Source: an uncultured delta proteobacterium
Lineage (GTDB): Bacteria; Desulfobacterota; Syntrophia; Syntrophales; UBA5619
DNA length: 64,000 nt
Reading direction: 5' to 3'
Assembly: GCA_963817385.1 (NCBI GenBank)
Contig: CAWFOM010000005.1
Span: forward strand, 288,001 to 352,000
The notes beneath the pieces are model-generated. The model made no database searches, had not been told where the DNA came from, and saw only the letters and a program-made list of their open reading frames with translations. The first letter of the stretch is position 1. Every line of letters begins with the position of its first letter. Positions 20,518 to 31,612 of the stretch are shown here, in pieces. Made by a program: the position numbers and the translations under genes.

Positions 20518-23500
20518 ATGAAAGGCATAGGAATATCGGGAACCATCGCCAAGGCGTTTATCAAATCGAAGCTGACGCCGCTGATCATCATCGCATCCCT
20601 CCTGCTCGGACTTTTGGCGGTCATGATCACCCCCCGCGAGGAGGAGCCGCAGATTCTGGTGCCCATGATCGACATATTCGTCGCCTATCCGGGAGCATCG
20701 CCCCGGGAGGTCGAGGCCCGGGTTACGAAGCCCATGGAGAAACTCCTGTGGGAGATCAAGGGAGTGGAATACATCTACTCCATCGTCAAGCCCGGTTTCA
20801 ACCTGACGATCGTCCGGTTTTACGTGGGACAAAGCATGGAAGACAGCATCGTCAAGCTGAACAACAAACTGTCGGCCAACTATGACCGGATACCGCCGGG
20901 CGTCTTCCCCCCTTTGGTCAAGCAGCGGTCAATCGACGACGTGCCGATCCTCACCCTGACCCTCTGGAGCGACAGCGACCGGTATTCCGGGTACGAACTC
21001 CGGCGGATCGGCGCCGAGCTCTGCGACGAGATCAAGAAGGACCAGGACGTATCGGAATTCTCCCTGATCGGCGGACAGAAACGGCAGGTCAGGATCACCC
21101 TCGATCCGGCCCGGCTCAAGGCGTATCACCTCTCGGCCTTCCAGATCGCCGGCGCCCTGCAGAAGGCAAACTTCCTACTGCCCTCCGGCGCCTTCCCGAC
21201 CGGCAACCGGGAGTACCTCGTCGAAACCGGGGCGTTTCTCAAAAACAGCGAGGAGGTGGGGAACGTCGTAGCCGGCCTTTTCAACGGCCGTCCCGTTTAC
21301 CTGCGGGATGTGGCCGCGATTGCCGACGGCCCGGAGGAACCTGCCGGTTACGTCTTCATGGGCCTGGGAGCGGCGGCGGCCCAAAAGGGGATTACGAGCC
21401 CCCAGGCGGGACCCAAAGAGGCCGTAACCATCACGATCGCCAAGAAAAAAGGCGCCAACGCCAGTCTCGTCGCGCGGGAGGCACTGGCCAAGGTGGAGGC
21501 CATGAAGGGAAAACTCATCCCGGGAGATGTCCGGGTAACCGTGACCAGGAATTACGGCGACACGGCCAAGGAGAAATCCGATGAACTCCTGGAGCATATG
21601 CTGTTGGCCACCATCGCCGTCATCATCCTGATCGCGTTTTTCCTCGGCTGGCGGGAAGCCATCGTGGTTGCCGTCGCCGTCCCCGTGACCCTGGCCCTGA
21701 CGCTTCTGATCAACTACCTCTACGGTTACACCTTGAACCGCGTCACCCTCTTCGCCCTCATCTTCTCCATCGGCATCCTCGTCGATGACGCCATCGTGGT
21801 GGTGGAAAATATCCACCGCCACTTCAAGCTCCACAAGATCGAACCCCTGACGGCGGTCCTGGCTGTCGACGAGGTGGGCAATCCCACCATCCTGGCCACC
21901 CTTACGGTGATCGCCGCGCTCCTCCCCATGGCCTTCGTCTCCGGCCTCATGGGGCCCTACATGCGGCCCATACCGGTGGGCGCCTCCGCCGCCATGATCT
22001 TTTCGCTCCTGGTCGCCTTTATCGTCAGCCCCTGGCTGAGCTACATCGTCCTGAAGAACGTGAAAAAGTCGGACCGCACCGAAGAGGGGGGGAGGATGTT
22101 CCGCATGTATGAGCGGATTCTCAGTCCCCTGCTGGAGAGCGGATTCAAGCGGTGGCTGGCCCTGGGAAGCGTCGTCCTGCTGCTCCTGCTGGCCGTCACG
22201 CTGGTTCCCCTCAAGAAGGTCACGGTCAAGATGCTGCCCTTCGACAATAAAAGCGAACTCCAGGTCATCATCGACATGCCGGAAGGCACAACCCTGGAGG
22301 AGACGGCGGCCTTGACCCGGGAGATGGGCGAATACCTGAAGACCGTCCCGGAGATCACCGATTACCAGACCTACGTCGGAACGGCGGCCCCCTATAACTT
22401 CAACGGCCTCGTACGCCACTATTTTCTCCGTTCGGGGAGTACCGTCGCGGATCTTCAGGTAAATTTTGTCGCCAAGGGAGAGCGGAAAGAGCAGAGCCAC
22501 GCCATCGCGAAAAGGGTGCGGCCTCCATTAAAGAAGATCGGCGATCGATACGGCGCCCGGATCAAGGTGGCCGAAATCCCCCCCGGACCGCCCGTCCTGA
22601 GCACGCTGGTCGCCGAAATATACGGACCGGAGATGAACCGGCAAATCGAGATCGCGCGGGAGATCAAGAAAGTCTTCACCGATACCGACGGGGTGGTCGA
22701 CGTGGACTGGTACGTGGAAGAAGATCAGCCCAAGATCACCTTCACGGTGGATCAGGACAAGGCGGCCGGGGCCGGGATCAGCACCGAGGCGGCGGCGCAG
22801 AGTTTACGGATCGCCTTAAACGGTATGGGAGCGGGTTTGGTTCATCTGGAAAAAGAAAAGGAACCCGTCGAGCTTTTCCTGCGGATGCCGCTGGGGAAAC
22901 GGGCCGACATCAGCGATCTAAAATCGATCGGCATACCGACGCCGACGGGCGCGCTGATCCCCCTTTCCGAGCTGGTGAAACGCCACGACGGGTTTGAGGA
23001 AAAAACGATCTACCACAAGAACCTCAAGAACGTGACCTACGTCCTGGGAGACGTGGCGGGAACGGAGGAAAGTCCGGTTTACGCCATCATGAAGATGAAG
23101 GAGACGATCGACAAGATCAAACTCCCCGAAGGCTATGCGCTGAAGCAATATTCCACGGTCCAGCCCTGGCTGGAGGACACCTATTCCCTGAAGTGGGACG
23201 GGGAGTGGCACATCACCTATGAAGTGTTCCGGGACCTGGGGCTGGCCTTTGCCGCCGTCCTGATCCTGATTTACGTCCTGATCGTCGCCTGGTTCAAGAA
23301 CTTCATCACGCCCCTGATCATCATGGCGCCCATCCCGCTGACGCTGGTGGGAATTCTCCCCGGTCACTGGATCTTCGGGGCCTTCTTCACGGCGACGTCG
23401 ATGATCGGCTTCATCGCCCTGGCGGGGATCATCGTCCGGAACTCCATCCTCCTGGTGGATTTTATGGAAATGGAGTGGCGCGACAAGGGGCACTTGAAAA

Positions 23501-23772
23501 ATGCCCTCATCATGGCCGGCGCCGTCCGCTTCCGGCCGATCGTCCTGACCGCCGCGGCCGTCGTGGTCGGGTCGTTCGTGATGCTCTTCGACCCGATCTT
23601 CCAGGGGCTCGCGATCGCCATGATGTTCGGGGCGGTGGCGGCCACCGCCCTTACCCTGGTCGCCGTGCCGCTCATCTATTTCGAGTTTTTCAAGCGGAAA
23701 CCCCGCCCCCTGTCCGGGCAGCTCGCCGAACAAATCAATGAACCGGTCGAGACGGACGCTGCACCGCAGTAA
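20518..23772 (+). CDS. RND efflux permease (AcrB/D/F family)
   Basis: 1084 aa; [35 protein letters not shown]. Confidence 0.95.
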   Translation: MKGIGISGTIAKAFIKSKLTPLIIIASLLLGLLAVMITPREEEPQILVPMIDIFVAYPGASPREVEARVTKPMEKLLWEIKGVEYIYSIVKPGFNLTIVRFYVGQSMEDSIVKLNNKLSANYDRIPPGVFPPLVKQRSIDDVPILTLTLWSDSDRYSGYELRRIGAELCDEIKKDQDVSEFSLIGGQKRQVRITLDPARLKAYHLSAFQIAGALQKANFLLPSGAFPTGNREYLVETGAFLKNSEEVGNVVAGLFNGRPVYLRDVAAIADGPEEPAGYVFMGLGAAAAQKGITSPQAGPKEAVTITIAKKKGANASLVAREALAKVEAMKGKLIPGDVRVTVTRNYGDTAKEKSDELLEHMLLATIAVIILIAFFLGWREAIVVAVAVPVTLALTLLINYLYGYTLNRVTLFALIFSIGILVDDAIVVVENIHRHFKLHKIEPLTAVLAVDEVGNPTILATLTVIAALLPMAFVSGLMGPYMRPIPVGASAAMIFSLLVAFIVSPWLSYIVLKNVKKSDRTEEGGRMFRMYERILSPLLESGFKRWLALGSVVLLLLLAVTLVPLKKVTVKMLPFDNKSELQVIIDMPEGTTLEETAALTREMGEYLKTVPEITDYQTYVGTAAPYNFNGLVRHYFLRSGSTVADLQVNFVAKGERKEQSHAIAKRVRPPLKKIGDRYGARIKVAEIPPGPPVLSTLVAEIYGPEMNRQIEIAREIKKVFTDTDGVVDVDWYVEEDQPKITFTVDQDKAAGAGISTEAAAQSLRIALNGMGAGLVHLEKEKEPVELFLRMPLGKRADISDLKSIGIPTPTGALIPLSELVKRHDGFEEKTIYHKNLKNVTYVLGDVAGTEESPVYAIMKMKETIDKIKLPEGYALKQYSTVQPWLEDTYSLKWDGEWHITYEVFRDLGLAFAAVLILIYVLIVAWFKNFITPLIIMAPIPLTLVGILPGHWIFGAFFTATSMIGFIALAGIIVRNSILLVDFMEMEWRDKGHLKNALIMAGAVRFRPIVLTAAAVVVGSFVMLFDPIFQGLAIAMMFGAVAATALTLVAVPLIYFEFFKRKPRPLSGQLAEQINEPVETDAAPQ

Positions 23773-23821
23773 GCAACCAGAGTCCCGTCAACGTCGGCCG
23801 GGGGATGGTTGCGGAGCCCGG

Positions 23822-23850
23822 TTGACATTCCCGGACGCTTCTTCTATATT
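23822..23850 (+). promoter_or_regulatory. sigma70-type promoter
   Basis: TTGACA-17 nt-TATATT. Confidence 0.65.
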
Positions 23851-23894
23851 GCTGAAACTGGAGTAATTCCTTATCGAGAAAGGGAGGCTGACCC

Positions 23895-24653
23895 ATGCAA
23901 GAGGATCTCGAACTTCGACTCTTCACGCGGCCCGGCTGAGCGACCTGCGCCGCGGCGAAGGAGTTTCTTTCGCGACACCACATCGACTACCGATCACGGG
24001 ACGTCTACTCGGACCCGGAGGCAAAAGCGGAATGGGAGGCGCTCGGTCTGGAAACGCTGCCGTGCGCCGTCCAGGGAGAACGCCACGTCCTGATCCTGCA
24101 CACCGATCAACTCAGGACATTCCTGGGGCTGGAGGCCTCGAAGGCGTCGGCATCGTACCGGAAACTGACCGGCGCCATGAACCGAATACTCACGGCGGTG
24201 GAACAGGCGGTGCGCCAGGTCCCCTCCGAACGGCTGTCGGATCCCACCCCCAACCGGGGCCGGGATCTCCGGGAGCTGGTCTTCAACATCCATGATCGCA
24301 TCCCACCGATGGCCGATTCCCTGGATTCGGGAACCTATGCGTGGAAGCAGGGGGATGATTACGGTCGCAGCCGCCGTTTCCGCACCTCCGAAGAACTGGG
24401 CAGCTTCTGCGCCGAAGTAAGAACAGCCTGGTTCAGGCGCGCCGGCCTCGTGGATGACGATGCTGCTTACGAGATGGTACAGACCCGTCGCGGGCCGGTC
24501 ACGCATCTCCAGCTCCTGGAATCGCAGGCCTTCCACGCGGCCCAGCACCTCCGCCAGATCACCGTATTCATGCGGCAGATCGGGATACCGCCGGTCGGGG
24601 AGATGACCGCAGCGGACATGGCGCCGGTCGTCTTGGGCGAGCAGGTTTTTTAG
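23895..24653 (+). CDS. Glutaredoxin/NrdH-like (UxxC) - DinB-like fusion, candidate selenoprotein (252 aa, Sec15)
   Basis: AGGGAGG RBS; LFTRPG-UGA-ATCAAAKEFLS; frame stays open into ORF 24177..24653 (ELVFNIH, FHAAQHLRQ). Confidence 0.85.
23955..23973 (+). promoter_or_regulatory. SECIS-like hairpin
   Basis: GCGAAGGA-GUU-UCUUUCGC, loop 23 nt after UGA (23937-23939). Confidence 0.7.
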
Positions 24654-24660
24654 CCGGATG

Positions 24661-25089
24661 TCACCGTTTCATGCTCTCGACGAGGGCATCAATCCCCGCC
24701 TGGGAAACCACCTCGTCCTGATCGGCGTGTCCCGAGCTGCAACCGATACCGCCGACGATCTGGTCGTCGAAGAAGATCGGAAGGCCGCCGGCAACGATCA
24801 TGAAGCGCCCTTGGTTGCTTACATGGATGCCGTACGACGGGCCTCCGGGCTGGCTCGTCTGCCCATACGCACGCGTTGATTTGCGCGCGGCTGCGGCCGT
24901 GAATGCCTTGCCGATGGCGATATCGATGCTGGTAATGCGCGCGTTGTCCATGCGATGAAACATCAACAGACTGCCGCTGTCGTCGGTGATGGCGATATCC
25001 ATGTCGACGCCGATCTCACGAGCCTTCTTCTCCGCCGCGTTCATGATGACGCGTGCATCATCGAGAGTCAGCTTGGGAACCATTTTCAT
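24661..25089 (-). CDS. GlcG/HbpS family heme-binding protein
   Basis: RMDNA, SIDIAIGKAFTA, GGLPI, GGIGCSSG..QDE. Confidence 0.9.
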   Translation of the reverse strand: MKMVPKLTLDDARVIMNAAEKKAREIGVDMDIAITDDSGSLLMFHRMDNARITSIDIAIGKAFTAAAARKSTRAYGQTSQPGGPSYGIHVSNQGRFMIVAGGLPIFFDDQIVGGIGCSSGHADQDEVVSQAGIDALVESMKR

Positions 25090-25223
25090 TGGATAGACCT
25101 CCTCATTCAGTATGATTGACGATACCGGCGTTGCGGATGGTTTCTCTTGTTTGCCGACGGCGGTAATTCGAACCACGTTCCGCCGGCTTTGTCAACACTT
25201 TTGAGACAAATGGACAAATCCCG

Positions 25224-25252
25224 TTGACATGCAACCCCAACCCCCCTATACT
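25224..25252 (+). promoter_or_regulatory. sigma70-type promoter
   Basis: TTGACA-17 nt-TATACT. Confidence 0.7.
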
Positions 25253-25347
25253 CCCAATCCGCGTAAAGGAATTTCTCTTAACGATTCCCGTTAACGCGTC
25301 GGGGGACTGGATTGGAGAGAAATATTTCATGAGAGGAGGATGACTTC

Positions 25348-26025
25348 ATGGCCAAAGTAATCGTCGCATTGGATGGTGTGACCTTCAGTCATGCCATGGA
25401 ATCGGGAGTGCTGCCCACCCTTTCCAAGGCCTGCGATAAGGGCTTGATCTGGGGGGTTAAGATCAATGATATGCTCTATAGCGGGGATGCAACAAAGATT
25501 ATCTCATTCCTCAAAGACGATTTGAAGCTGGGGATCATGGTCGATGTCAAATTGCACGATATCCCGTCGACTACGGAAAACAGCATCGGCAAACTGGTGG
25601 GGGCGGGGGCCAATATCGTCACGATCCACTGTTCGTCGAACTATCGGCCGAAAAATACCAACCTCCTCAAATATATCGCCGGGGTTACCGCGCTGACCTC
25701 GTTTACGGACCTCGAAATCAAATGGATTTACGACAAGACCTATGAAGAAATCGTTCGGGCCTTTTCGGACATCGCCCTGATGAACAGCTACGAATATATC
25801 ATGGGTTCCGTGAAGGACATGAGCTACATCCAGGATAACCCGCTGAAGAAGATCTGTACCGGGATCAGACCCTCCTGGTATCGCGAGCGGCACGATCAGG
25901 TCAGAATCGCCTCCGTAAAGGAAGCCGTGCGGACGGAAGCCGACTTCATCGTGGTCGGCCGCCCGATCACGTCCGCCGGCAACGTCATGGAAGCGATCGA
26001 ACGGGTATATTCGGAGCTTCAGTAA
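25348..26025 (+). CDS. Orotidine-5'-phosphate decarboxylase/HUMPS family protein (divergent PyrF-like)
   Basis: IVALD, DVKLHDIP, VTALTS, GIRP, DQVR, VVGRPI. Confidence 0.8.
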   Translation: MAKVIVALDGVTFSHAMESGVLPTLSKACDKGLIWGVKINDMLYSGDATKIISFLKDDLKLGIMVDVKLHDIPSTTENSIGKLVGAGANIVTIHCSSNYRPKNTNLLKYIAGVTALTSFTDLEIKWIYDKTYEEIVRAFSDIALMNSYEYIMGSVKDMSYIQDNPLKKICTGIRPSWYRERHDQVRIASVKEAVRTEADFIVVGRPITSAGNVMEAIERVYSELQ

Positions 26026-26062
26026 TTTCGTGGCCAAGCGTCTGCCACCAGGGTAATGTACG

Positions 26063-27502
26063 TCATCTCGCTGTCACCTGTACGTTACCCACATTCCCAC
26101 TCCGGTGATCAAGAGCAAGGATTGTTATCTTCTGGTTCGGCTTTAAAACGCTTACCAGTTCAATAAAATTATCTAACCCGGCAATCGGCTGATTTTCTAT
26201 CCCCAGGATGATATCACCCACTTCGAATCCGGCTTCTCCCAGGGCTCCTTTGGGATCCACCCAGGTGATGGCGACTCCCTGATTATTGTCCATATTATAC
26301 TTTTGGACTTCCCGCGGAGCGACGGCACGCACCTCTATACCTAATCGTTCTTTGACGGTATTCGCTAAAATTTTATTTGCCGATTCGAGATTCCCGATCA
26401 TGACGTTCAGGTCTTCTCTTTTGCCATTTCGCTCAATGGTTATCTTTACCTCCTGACCGATAGGAGCGGCAGCCACCGCATTGCGCAGCATGCCGGAGTC
26501 GGCAATCGCCCTGCCGGCGAACGCGATCACTACGTCATTTTTTTTCAAGCCCGCCTTTTCCGCCGGACCTCCCTTGACAACATCGGCGATGAATGCACCT
26601 TTGAAGGCTTCCGCATGCGCATTTTTTGCCAGTTCCGGCGTTAGATCCTGGATGTCCACACCCAGCCAGCCGCGTTCCACCTTGCCACGAGCAATCAAGG
26701 CCTTTGAAACGTGGATGGCCATGTTGCTGGGGATGGTGAAGCCGATTCCTTCAAAACCGCCGGATTGGGAGACGATCACGGCGTTGACCCCGATCACCTC
26801 CCCCTGAAGATTCAACAGGGGGCCGCCGCTGTTCCCGGGATTGATGGCGGCGTCAGTCTGCAAGAAATCCTGGTAGCTGCCGGGATCCGAGATTCCGGCC
26901 CGGTGCTTTGCGCTGATGATCCCCTGGGTAACGGTCTGGTCCAAACCCCGAGGATGACCGATAGCCACAACCCATTCGCCCACCTCGACCTTATCCGAGT
27001 CCCCGAACGTCACATAGGGAAGCGGTCCTTTTGAGGAAATCCTGATCACGGCCAGGTCGGTCTTGGGATCCGTTCCGATGAGTTTGGCAGGATATCGTTC
27101 CCCGCTGGAGAGTAATACCTCGATCTTCGTTGCCCCTCCCGCCACATGGTGGTTCGTCAGGATATGCCCCTGAGCATCGATGATCATACCCGTTCCCAAA
27201 CCCTTCGTTTCCCGTTTGAATTTTTTCGGCATCTTCGGAACGTTGAAGAAACGATTCAGCAAGGGATCGTTTGCAAAAGGCAGGAAGGGATTGGCTACCT
27301 CCTGGCTCTCCGTCACTTCGATGTGGGCCACGGCAGGGATCGTTTGCTTTGCTATCTGAATAATTGCCGTACTGAGATCGAAGCTTTTTGTTATCTCCGA
27401 AGCCAGAACGGGGTTGGATGTGAATATGAACCATACCATTCCGGATAACAAAACCGGAGAGAAGATATTACTGAATTTACGGGATCGGATAGGTATCGAC
27501 AT
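26063..27502 (-). CDS. degP: Do/DegP family serine endoprotease
   Basis: TNHHV, DLAV, INPGNSGGPL, two PDZ domains. Confidence 0.93.
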   Translation of the reverse strand: MSIPIRSRKFSNIFSPVLLSGMVWFIFTSNPVLASEITKSFDLSTAIIQIAKQTIPAVAHIEVTESQEVANPFLPFANDPLLNRFFNVPKMPKKFKRETKGLGTGMIIDAQGHILTNHHVAGGATKIEVLLSSGERYPAKLIGTDPKTDLAVIRISSKGPLPYVTFGDSDKVEVGEWVVAIGHPRGLDQTVTQGIISAKHRAGISDPGSYQDFLQTDAAINPGNSGGPLLNLQGEVIGVNAVIVSQSGGFEGIGFTIPSNMAIHVSKALIARGKVERGWLGVDIQDLTPELAKNAHAEAFKGAFIADVVKGGPAEKAGLKKNDVVIAFAGRAIADSGMLRNAVAAAPIGQEVKITIERNGKREDLNVMIGNLESANKILANTVKERLGIEVRAVAPREVQKYNMDNNQGVAITWVDPKGALGEAGFEVGDIILGIENQPIAGLDNFIELVSVLKPNQKITILALDHRSGNVGNVQVTAR

Positions 27503-27763
27503 AAAACCTCCTTGGTCATGCTGCGTCCACACCGGACGCGGAAATATGCATCAGACATTGTTCCTTTCGTCTTTTTAGGATGGAGCAACTCAACGGCAAA
27601 AACAATCATGATTGATAGCAAGATGATTGGTAGGCAATAACTCCTATGCGGTTTCATGACAACTTGCTCAGGGTGCCGAGTAATATTCAAATAGAAAGTC
27701 CCCTGGAGAGAATACTCTTCTTCCGAAACAAATACGAATACACCTGCCCGTGCTTGCCTATAT

Positions 27764-27780
27764 GATAGGTATTGCCTACC
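27764..27780. promoter_or_regulatory. GGTAG-N7-CTACC-type motif between degP and wrbA
   Basis: GATAG GTATTGC CTACC; inverted related copy at 27629-27645. Confidence 0.5.
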
Positions 27781-27928
27781 AATGAGCTTACCATCGATCC
27801 TCATTGTCTTTTCCCATTTTTCCCATTAACTTCAATCTACGGCGGGATCCGACATGGGAACCACCCGATAAACGGGATGATTACTGCGACGAAAAGAAAT
27901 CATCCTTTGAATAAAAAGGGGATGCATC

Positions 27929-28540
27929 ATGAAAGTGTTAATCGTGTACTATTCCATGTACGGCCATATCTACCGGATGGCGGAAGCCGTGAAGGAAGGG
28001 GCCGGCAGTGTGAGCGGCGCGGATGTCAGGATCTGCCGCGTCCCGGAAACCCTCCCGGACGAAATCCTCGAAAAGATGGGCGCTCTGAAAACGCAAAAAT
28101 CCCTGGCCCATGTCCCTGTCTGTAAAGTGGATGACCTGGCTACAGCGGACGCGATAATCTTCGGCACGCCAACCCGTTTCGGCAACATGTGCGGCCAGAT
28201 GCGCCAGTTTCTCGATGCAACGGGTGGACTCTGGTCCAAAGGCGCCCTCGTCGGCAAAGTGGGCAGCGTTTTCACCAGCAGCGCAACCCAGCACGGCGGC
28301 CAGGAATCGACCATTCTCTCCTTTCACTTCACCCTCCTGCATCAAGGCATGGTGATCGTCGGCCTTCCCTATGCCTTTGCGGGCCAGATGCGCATCGACG
28401 AGATCACGGGGGGATCACCCTACGGGGCGTCCACGATCTCGGGGGGTGACGGCGAGCGGATGCCGAGCGAAAACGAGCTCGCTGCGGCACGTTACCAGGG
28501 TAAACACGTAGCGGAGATCGCGGCCAAACTGTTCCGATAA
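27929..28540 (+). CDS. wrbA: NAD(P)H:quinone oxidoreductase type IV
   Basis: [31 protein letters not shown]. Confidence 0.96.
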   Translation: MKVLIVYYSMYGHIYRMAEAVKEGAGSVSGADVRICRVPETLPDEILEKMGALKTQKSLAHVPVCKVDDLATADAIIFGTPTRFGNMCGQMRQFLDATGGLWSKGALVGKVGSVFTSSATQHGGQESTILSFHFTLLHQGMVIVGLPYAFAGQMRIDEITGGSPYGASTISGGDGERMPSENELAAARYQGKHVAEIAAKLFR

Positions 28541-29225
28541 GGGGAAAGCCGCCTCAACCCCGGGATGGCATCTCAGTGCAAGAGTTAAGGAGGCGGAAGA
28601 ATCCGTCCCAGTGAGAATAAAAGGGAGGCATTTATATGGACCAGAAGACACCGGATCAGGGATGGCAGCAACTTCAGGCTCACATCGAGGGATTTCTCGG
28701 ACAGACTCTCAGGACCGATATGCAGAGAATCGAATACAAGCCACGCTTCATCGCCCAGATGCTGGATATGCCGTCCGAACATCATCAGAGCGAACGGCGG
28801 GAAATGACTCCATGAAAGGCATATGTTCATAAGAATGGCATTGCATACATCGATGGTATCGCAGACAGATAGGCGCATGAGGCTTTATTCTCCATCGGAG
28901 TCTCGGTCAGCGAAGACAGGATCGCATACGATCATCGGCTCGACGTCAAAGCAGACTGCCCGAAGGGCGCACAGAGTCCCTCAATTGAATCGGTTTGAAG
29001 CGGTACCCCTCCTCCTGCTTTTTATCTCGATTCTTTGGATAGGCTCGGCCTTAGGGCAGGAGCTTTACGTCGTGCCCGGCTCCAAGTTTTTTCTGGCTGT
29101 CGGAACGATTTATTATTATAGTGCCTTCCGCCTATGATATCTTCATAATCATGCAGTATCGTGCCACAGAGGATCGGCGGTATATTCGTATCATGAGAGA
29201 AGCTTGCAAGGAGCAACACGTCGTT

Positions 29226-29669
29226 ATGAATCTTACCGATATCCTGCTCATTGAAGATAACAGCCATGACGTGGAGATGATTCTGGACACCTTTCGCGAA
29301 CAAAACGTCAGCGACAAGGTTCGCGTCCTGCGGAACGGCGCCGAAGCGCTGGATTACTTTTTCGGTCCGCAGGAATGCCTGCAGAAGACGGACTCCTGTT
29401 GTCCGAGATTCATCCTGCTTGACTTAAAGCTTCCCAAGGTCGGAGGTCTGGAAGTCCTGCGGCGTTTGAAGTCCGATGAACGGACCAGAAACATCCCCAC
29501 GATTATTTTTTCATCGTCGAATGAAGCGAGAGATCGAATCGATAGCTACCTTCTGGGGGCCAACAGTTATATCGTAAAACCCTTGGACGCGGATAGTTTT
29601 TCACGCTTTGTCGCCCACATCGCCTCGTATTGGCTTTTGATGAACAAGACCTCCTATCAGGATCGATAG
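29226..29669 (+). CDS. Single-domain response regulator
   Basis: LLIED, LLDLKLPKVGG, GANSYIVKP. Confidence 0.9.
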   Translation: MNLTDILLIEDNSHDVEMILDTFREQNVSDKVRVLRNGAEALDYFFGPQECLQKTDSCCPRFILLDLKLPKVGGLEVLRRLKSDERTRNIPTIIFSSSNEARDRIDSYLLGANSYIVKPLDADSFSRFVAHIASYWLLMNKTSYQDR

Positions 29670-29717
29670 GGGCGTCCCCTACAAACCCCGTTCGCGGGGA
29701 AGAATGGAGATTGGACC

Positions 29718-30563
29718 ATGAACAGTGATTTGCGTATCTTGATCCTGGAAGACGTACCGACGGACGCCGAGTTGATCCAGTTTGAACTCAGGGAGGCCGG
29801 CACGACCTTTATCCCGAGATGCGTGAAAGATAAGAAGGCGTATCTCACAGCCATCGATGAATTTTCCCCTGATATCATCCTTTCGGATTACTCCTTACCA
29901 TCCTTCGATGGTCTGTCGGCATTGAAACTCGCCGGGCAAAAATGTCCGGATGTGCCCTTTATTTTTGTGTCGGGGGCTCTGGGTGAGGAAACAGCCATTG
30001 AACTGCTCAAGCAGGGTGCAACGGATTACGTCCTGAAGAGCCGACTCTCCCGCCTGGGTCCCGCCGTTGTCCGGGCACTGCAAGAGGTTAAGGAGCGGCA
30101 AGAAAAGAAAGCGGCAGAGCAAGCACTGGAATTCAAATCTCGAAGCCTCGAGGAGGCCAATACGGCATTGAAGGTCCTGCTCAGGCATCGGGAAGAAGAC
30201 AAGGCCGCCCTGGAAGAACAAGTATTGACCAATGTCAGAAAATTGGTTTTCCCTTACCTGGAAAATTTGAAACATCTCCAATTAAATGAACAACAAGCCG
30301 CTCAAGTTAAAATCATTGAGGAGAATCTGAAGAATATCGTTTCTCCGTTTCTGCACAATCTGACATCGAGCTATCTCGAACTGACCCCGCGAGAGATTCA
30401 GATTGCCAACCTTGTCAAAGAGGGAAAGACGACCAAAGAGATCACCGATATCCTCAACATTTCAGCAACGGCGGTTGATTTCCACAGAAAAAATCTCCGC
30501 GCTAAATTCGGTATAAAAAACAAAACAACCAATCTGATGGCGTTTCTTACCTCTCTTTCCTAA
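29718..30563 (+). CDS. Response regulator with LuxR-type HTH
   Basis: REC domain plus LTPREIQIA...VDFHRKNLRAK. Confidence 0.92.
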   Translation: MNSDLRILILEDVPTDAELIQFELREAGTTFIPRCVKDKKAYLTAIDEFSPDIILSDYSLPSFDGLSALKLAGQKCPDVPFIFVSGALGEETAIELLKQGATDYVLKSRLSRLGPAVVRALQEVKERQEKKAAEQALEFKSRSLEEANTALKVLLRHREEDKAALEEQVLTNVRKLVFPYLENLKHLQLNEQQAAQVKIIEENLKNIVSPFLHNLTSSYLELTPREIQIANLVKEGKTTKEITDILNISATAVDFHRKNLRAKFGIKNKTTNLMAFLTSLS

Positions 30564-30564
30564 G

Positions 30565-30583
30565 TGGTAGTTTTTACCTACCA
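30565..30583. promoter_or_regulatory. TGGTAG-N7-CTACCA palindrome upstream of USP gene
   Basis: TGGTAG TTTTTAC CTACCA. Confidence 0.55.
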
Positions 30584-30712
30584 TTAGACGTCCATTCAAT
30601 CCACATTGTTTTTCATTTCCGCCCGTACTAAATAGAAATTGTCATTACTGCACGCAGGCTGGGCATGTCAGCGAGAAAAGCAGAGAACATCATTCGAAAA
30701 GGAGGTAGGAAA

Positions 30713-31168
30713 ATGTATCAGAAGGTCTTGGTTCCGCTGGATGGTTCGGATTTGGCCGAGTGTACGCTGTCACATCTCAAATCCCTCATCAAGGATGGAT
30801 CCGTAGGAGAGGTTACCCTCCTGAATGTCGTTAAGATTGATATCCCCTGGGCCGAGCTGGAAAACAGGCAGTTCGACCTCAACGCGCTGAGAGAACCGCT
30901 CTTCGCCGCATCCAAAAAGTATCTTGCGGATGTGGAGTCCCGATTGAGTTCGCAGGGAATCAAGGTAAAAATAGAGTCCATCGAGGCCAACAGACCTGCA
31001 GATACAATCACGGATTACGCCAAGAAAAACGGCATGGATCTGATTGTCGTGGCAACCCATGGTTATACCGGCCTGAAAAAACTGATGCTGGGCAGCGTGG
31101 CATCCGGTGTGCTGCATCAGTCTTCTGTTCCCGTGCTGTTGATCAGACCGGATGCGTGTCGCATCTAA
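30713..31168 (+). CDS. Universal stress protein
   Basis: KVLVPLDGS, DLIVVATHG, LGSVA, PVLLI. Confidence 0.93.
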   Translation: MYQKVLVPLDGSDLAECTLSHLKSLIKDGSVGEVTLLNVVKIDIPWAELENRQFDLNALREPLFAASKKYLADVESRLSSQGIKVKIESIEANRPADTITDYAKKNGMDLIVVATHGYTGLKKLMLGSVASGVLHQSSVPVLLIRPDACRI

Positions 31169-31190
31169 TAGCCAAATTAACCCCGTCATC

Positions 31191-31223
31191 GGCTGCCCTC
31201 CGGGCTCTGTCCGGGGGGTAGCC
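31191..31223. terminator. GC-rich hairpin between convergent genes
   Basis: GGCTGCCCTCCGGGC-TCT-GTCCGGGGGGTAGCC; no U-tract. Confidence 0.45.
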
Positions 31224-31276
31224 ACCGGCTCGCAAGATTTACCTGCGCTCACGACACAACGCATCACACACCATTA

Positions 31277-31560
31277 TCATTTTACCGTACCTTCAAGATC
31301 CGCTATCCGCTGCCTCCAATCATCCGGTATACGTACCGTTTTGTTCTTCCGATAATTGAATGTCACGATCACACCGTCGCCTTCAGCGGCTATCTTTCGA
31401 TGCTTGACGCTGACAACACGATACCCCATCGTAAAGCGATCCTCCCCGAGACGCGTCACTTTCGCTCCAACGAGAACTTTGTCAGGATACGTCAACGGCA
31501 TCTTGAATTTGCACGATGTCGCGGAGAGAATGCGCCCAATTCCTGAATAAGTATCCTCCG
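31277..31560 (-). pseudogene. 5'-truncated acyl-CoA thioesterase (4HBT/YbgC-like)
   Basis: GIGRILSATSCKFKMPLTYPD...AAEGDGVIV; N-terminal catalytic segment not found. Confidence 0.65.
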
Positions 31561-31612
31561 GTATAGCCGGAGGTGAAGTACGTGATCTCGAATATGCGTT
31601 TTTCCGGAGCCG

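Noticed and set aside
28560..29200. Short ORFs between wrbA and the response regulator
   Set aside because: Probably decayed fragments; no family assignable
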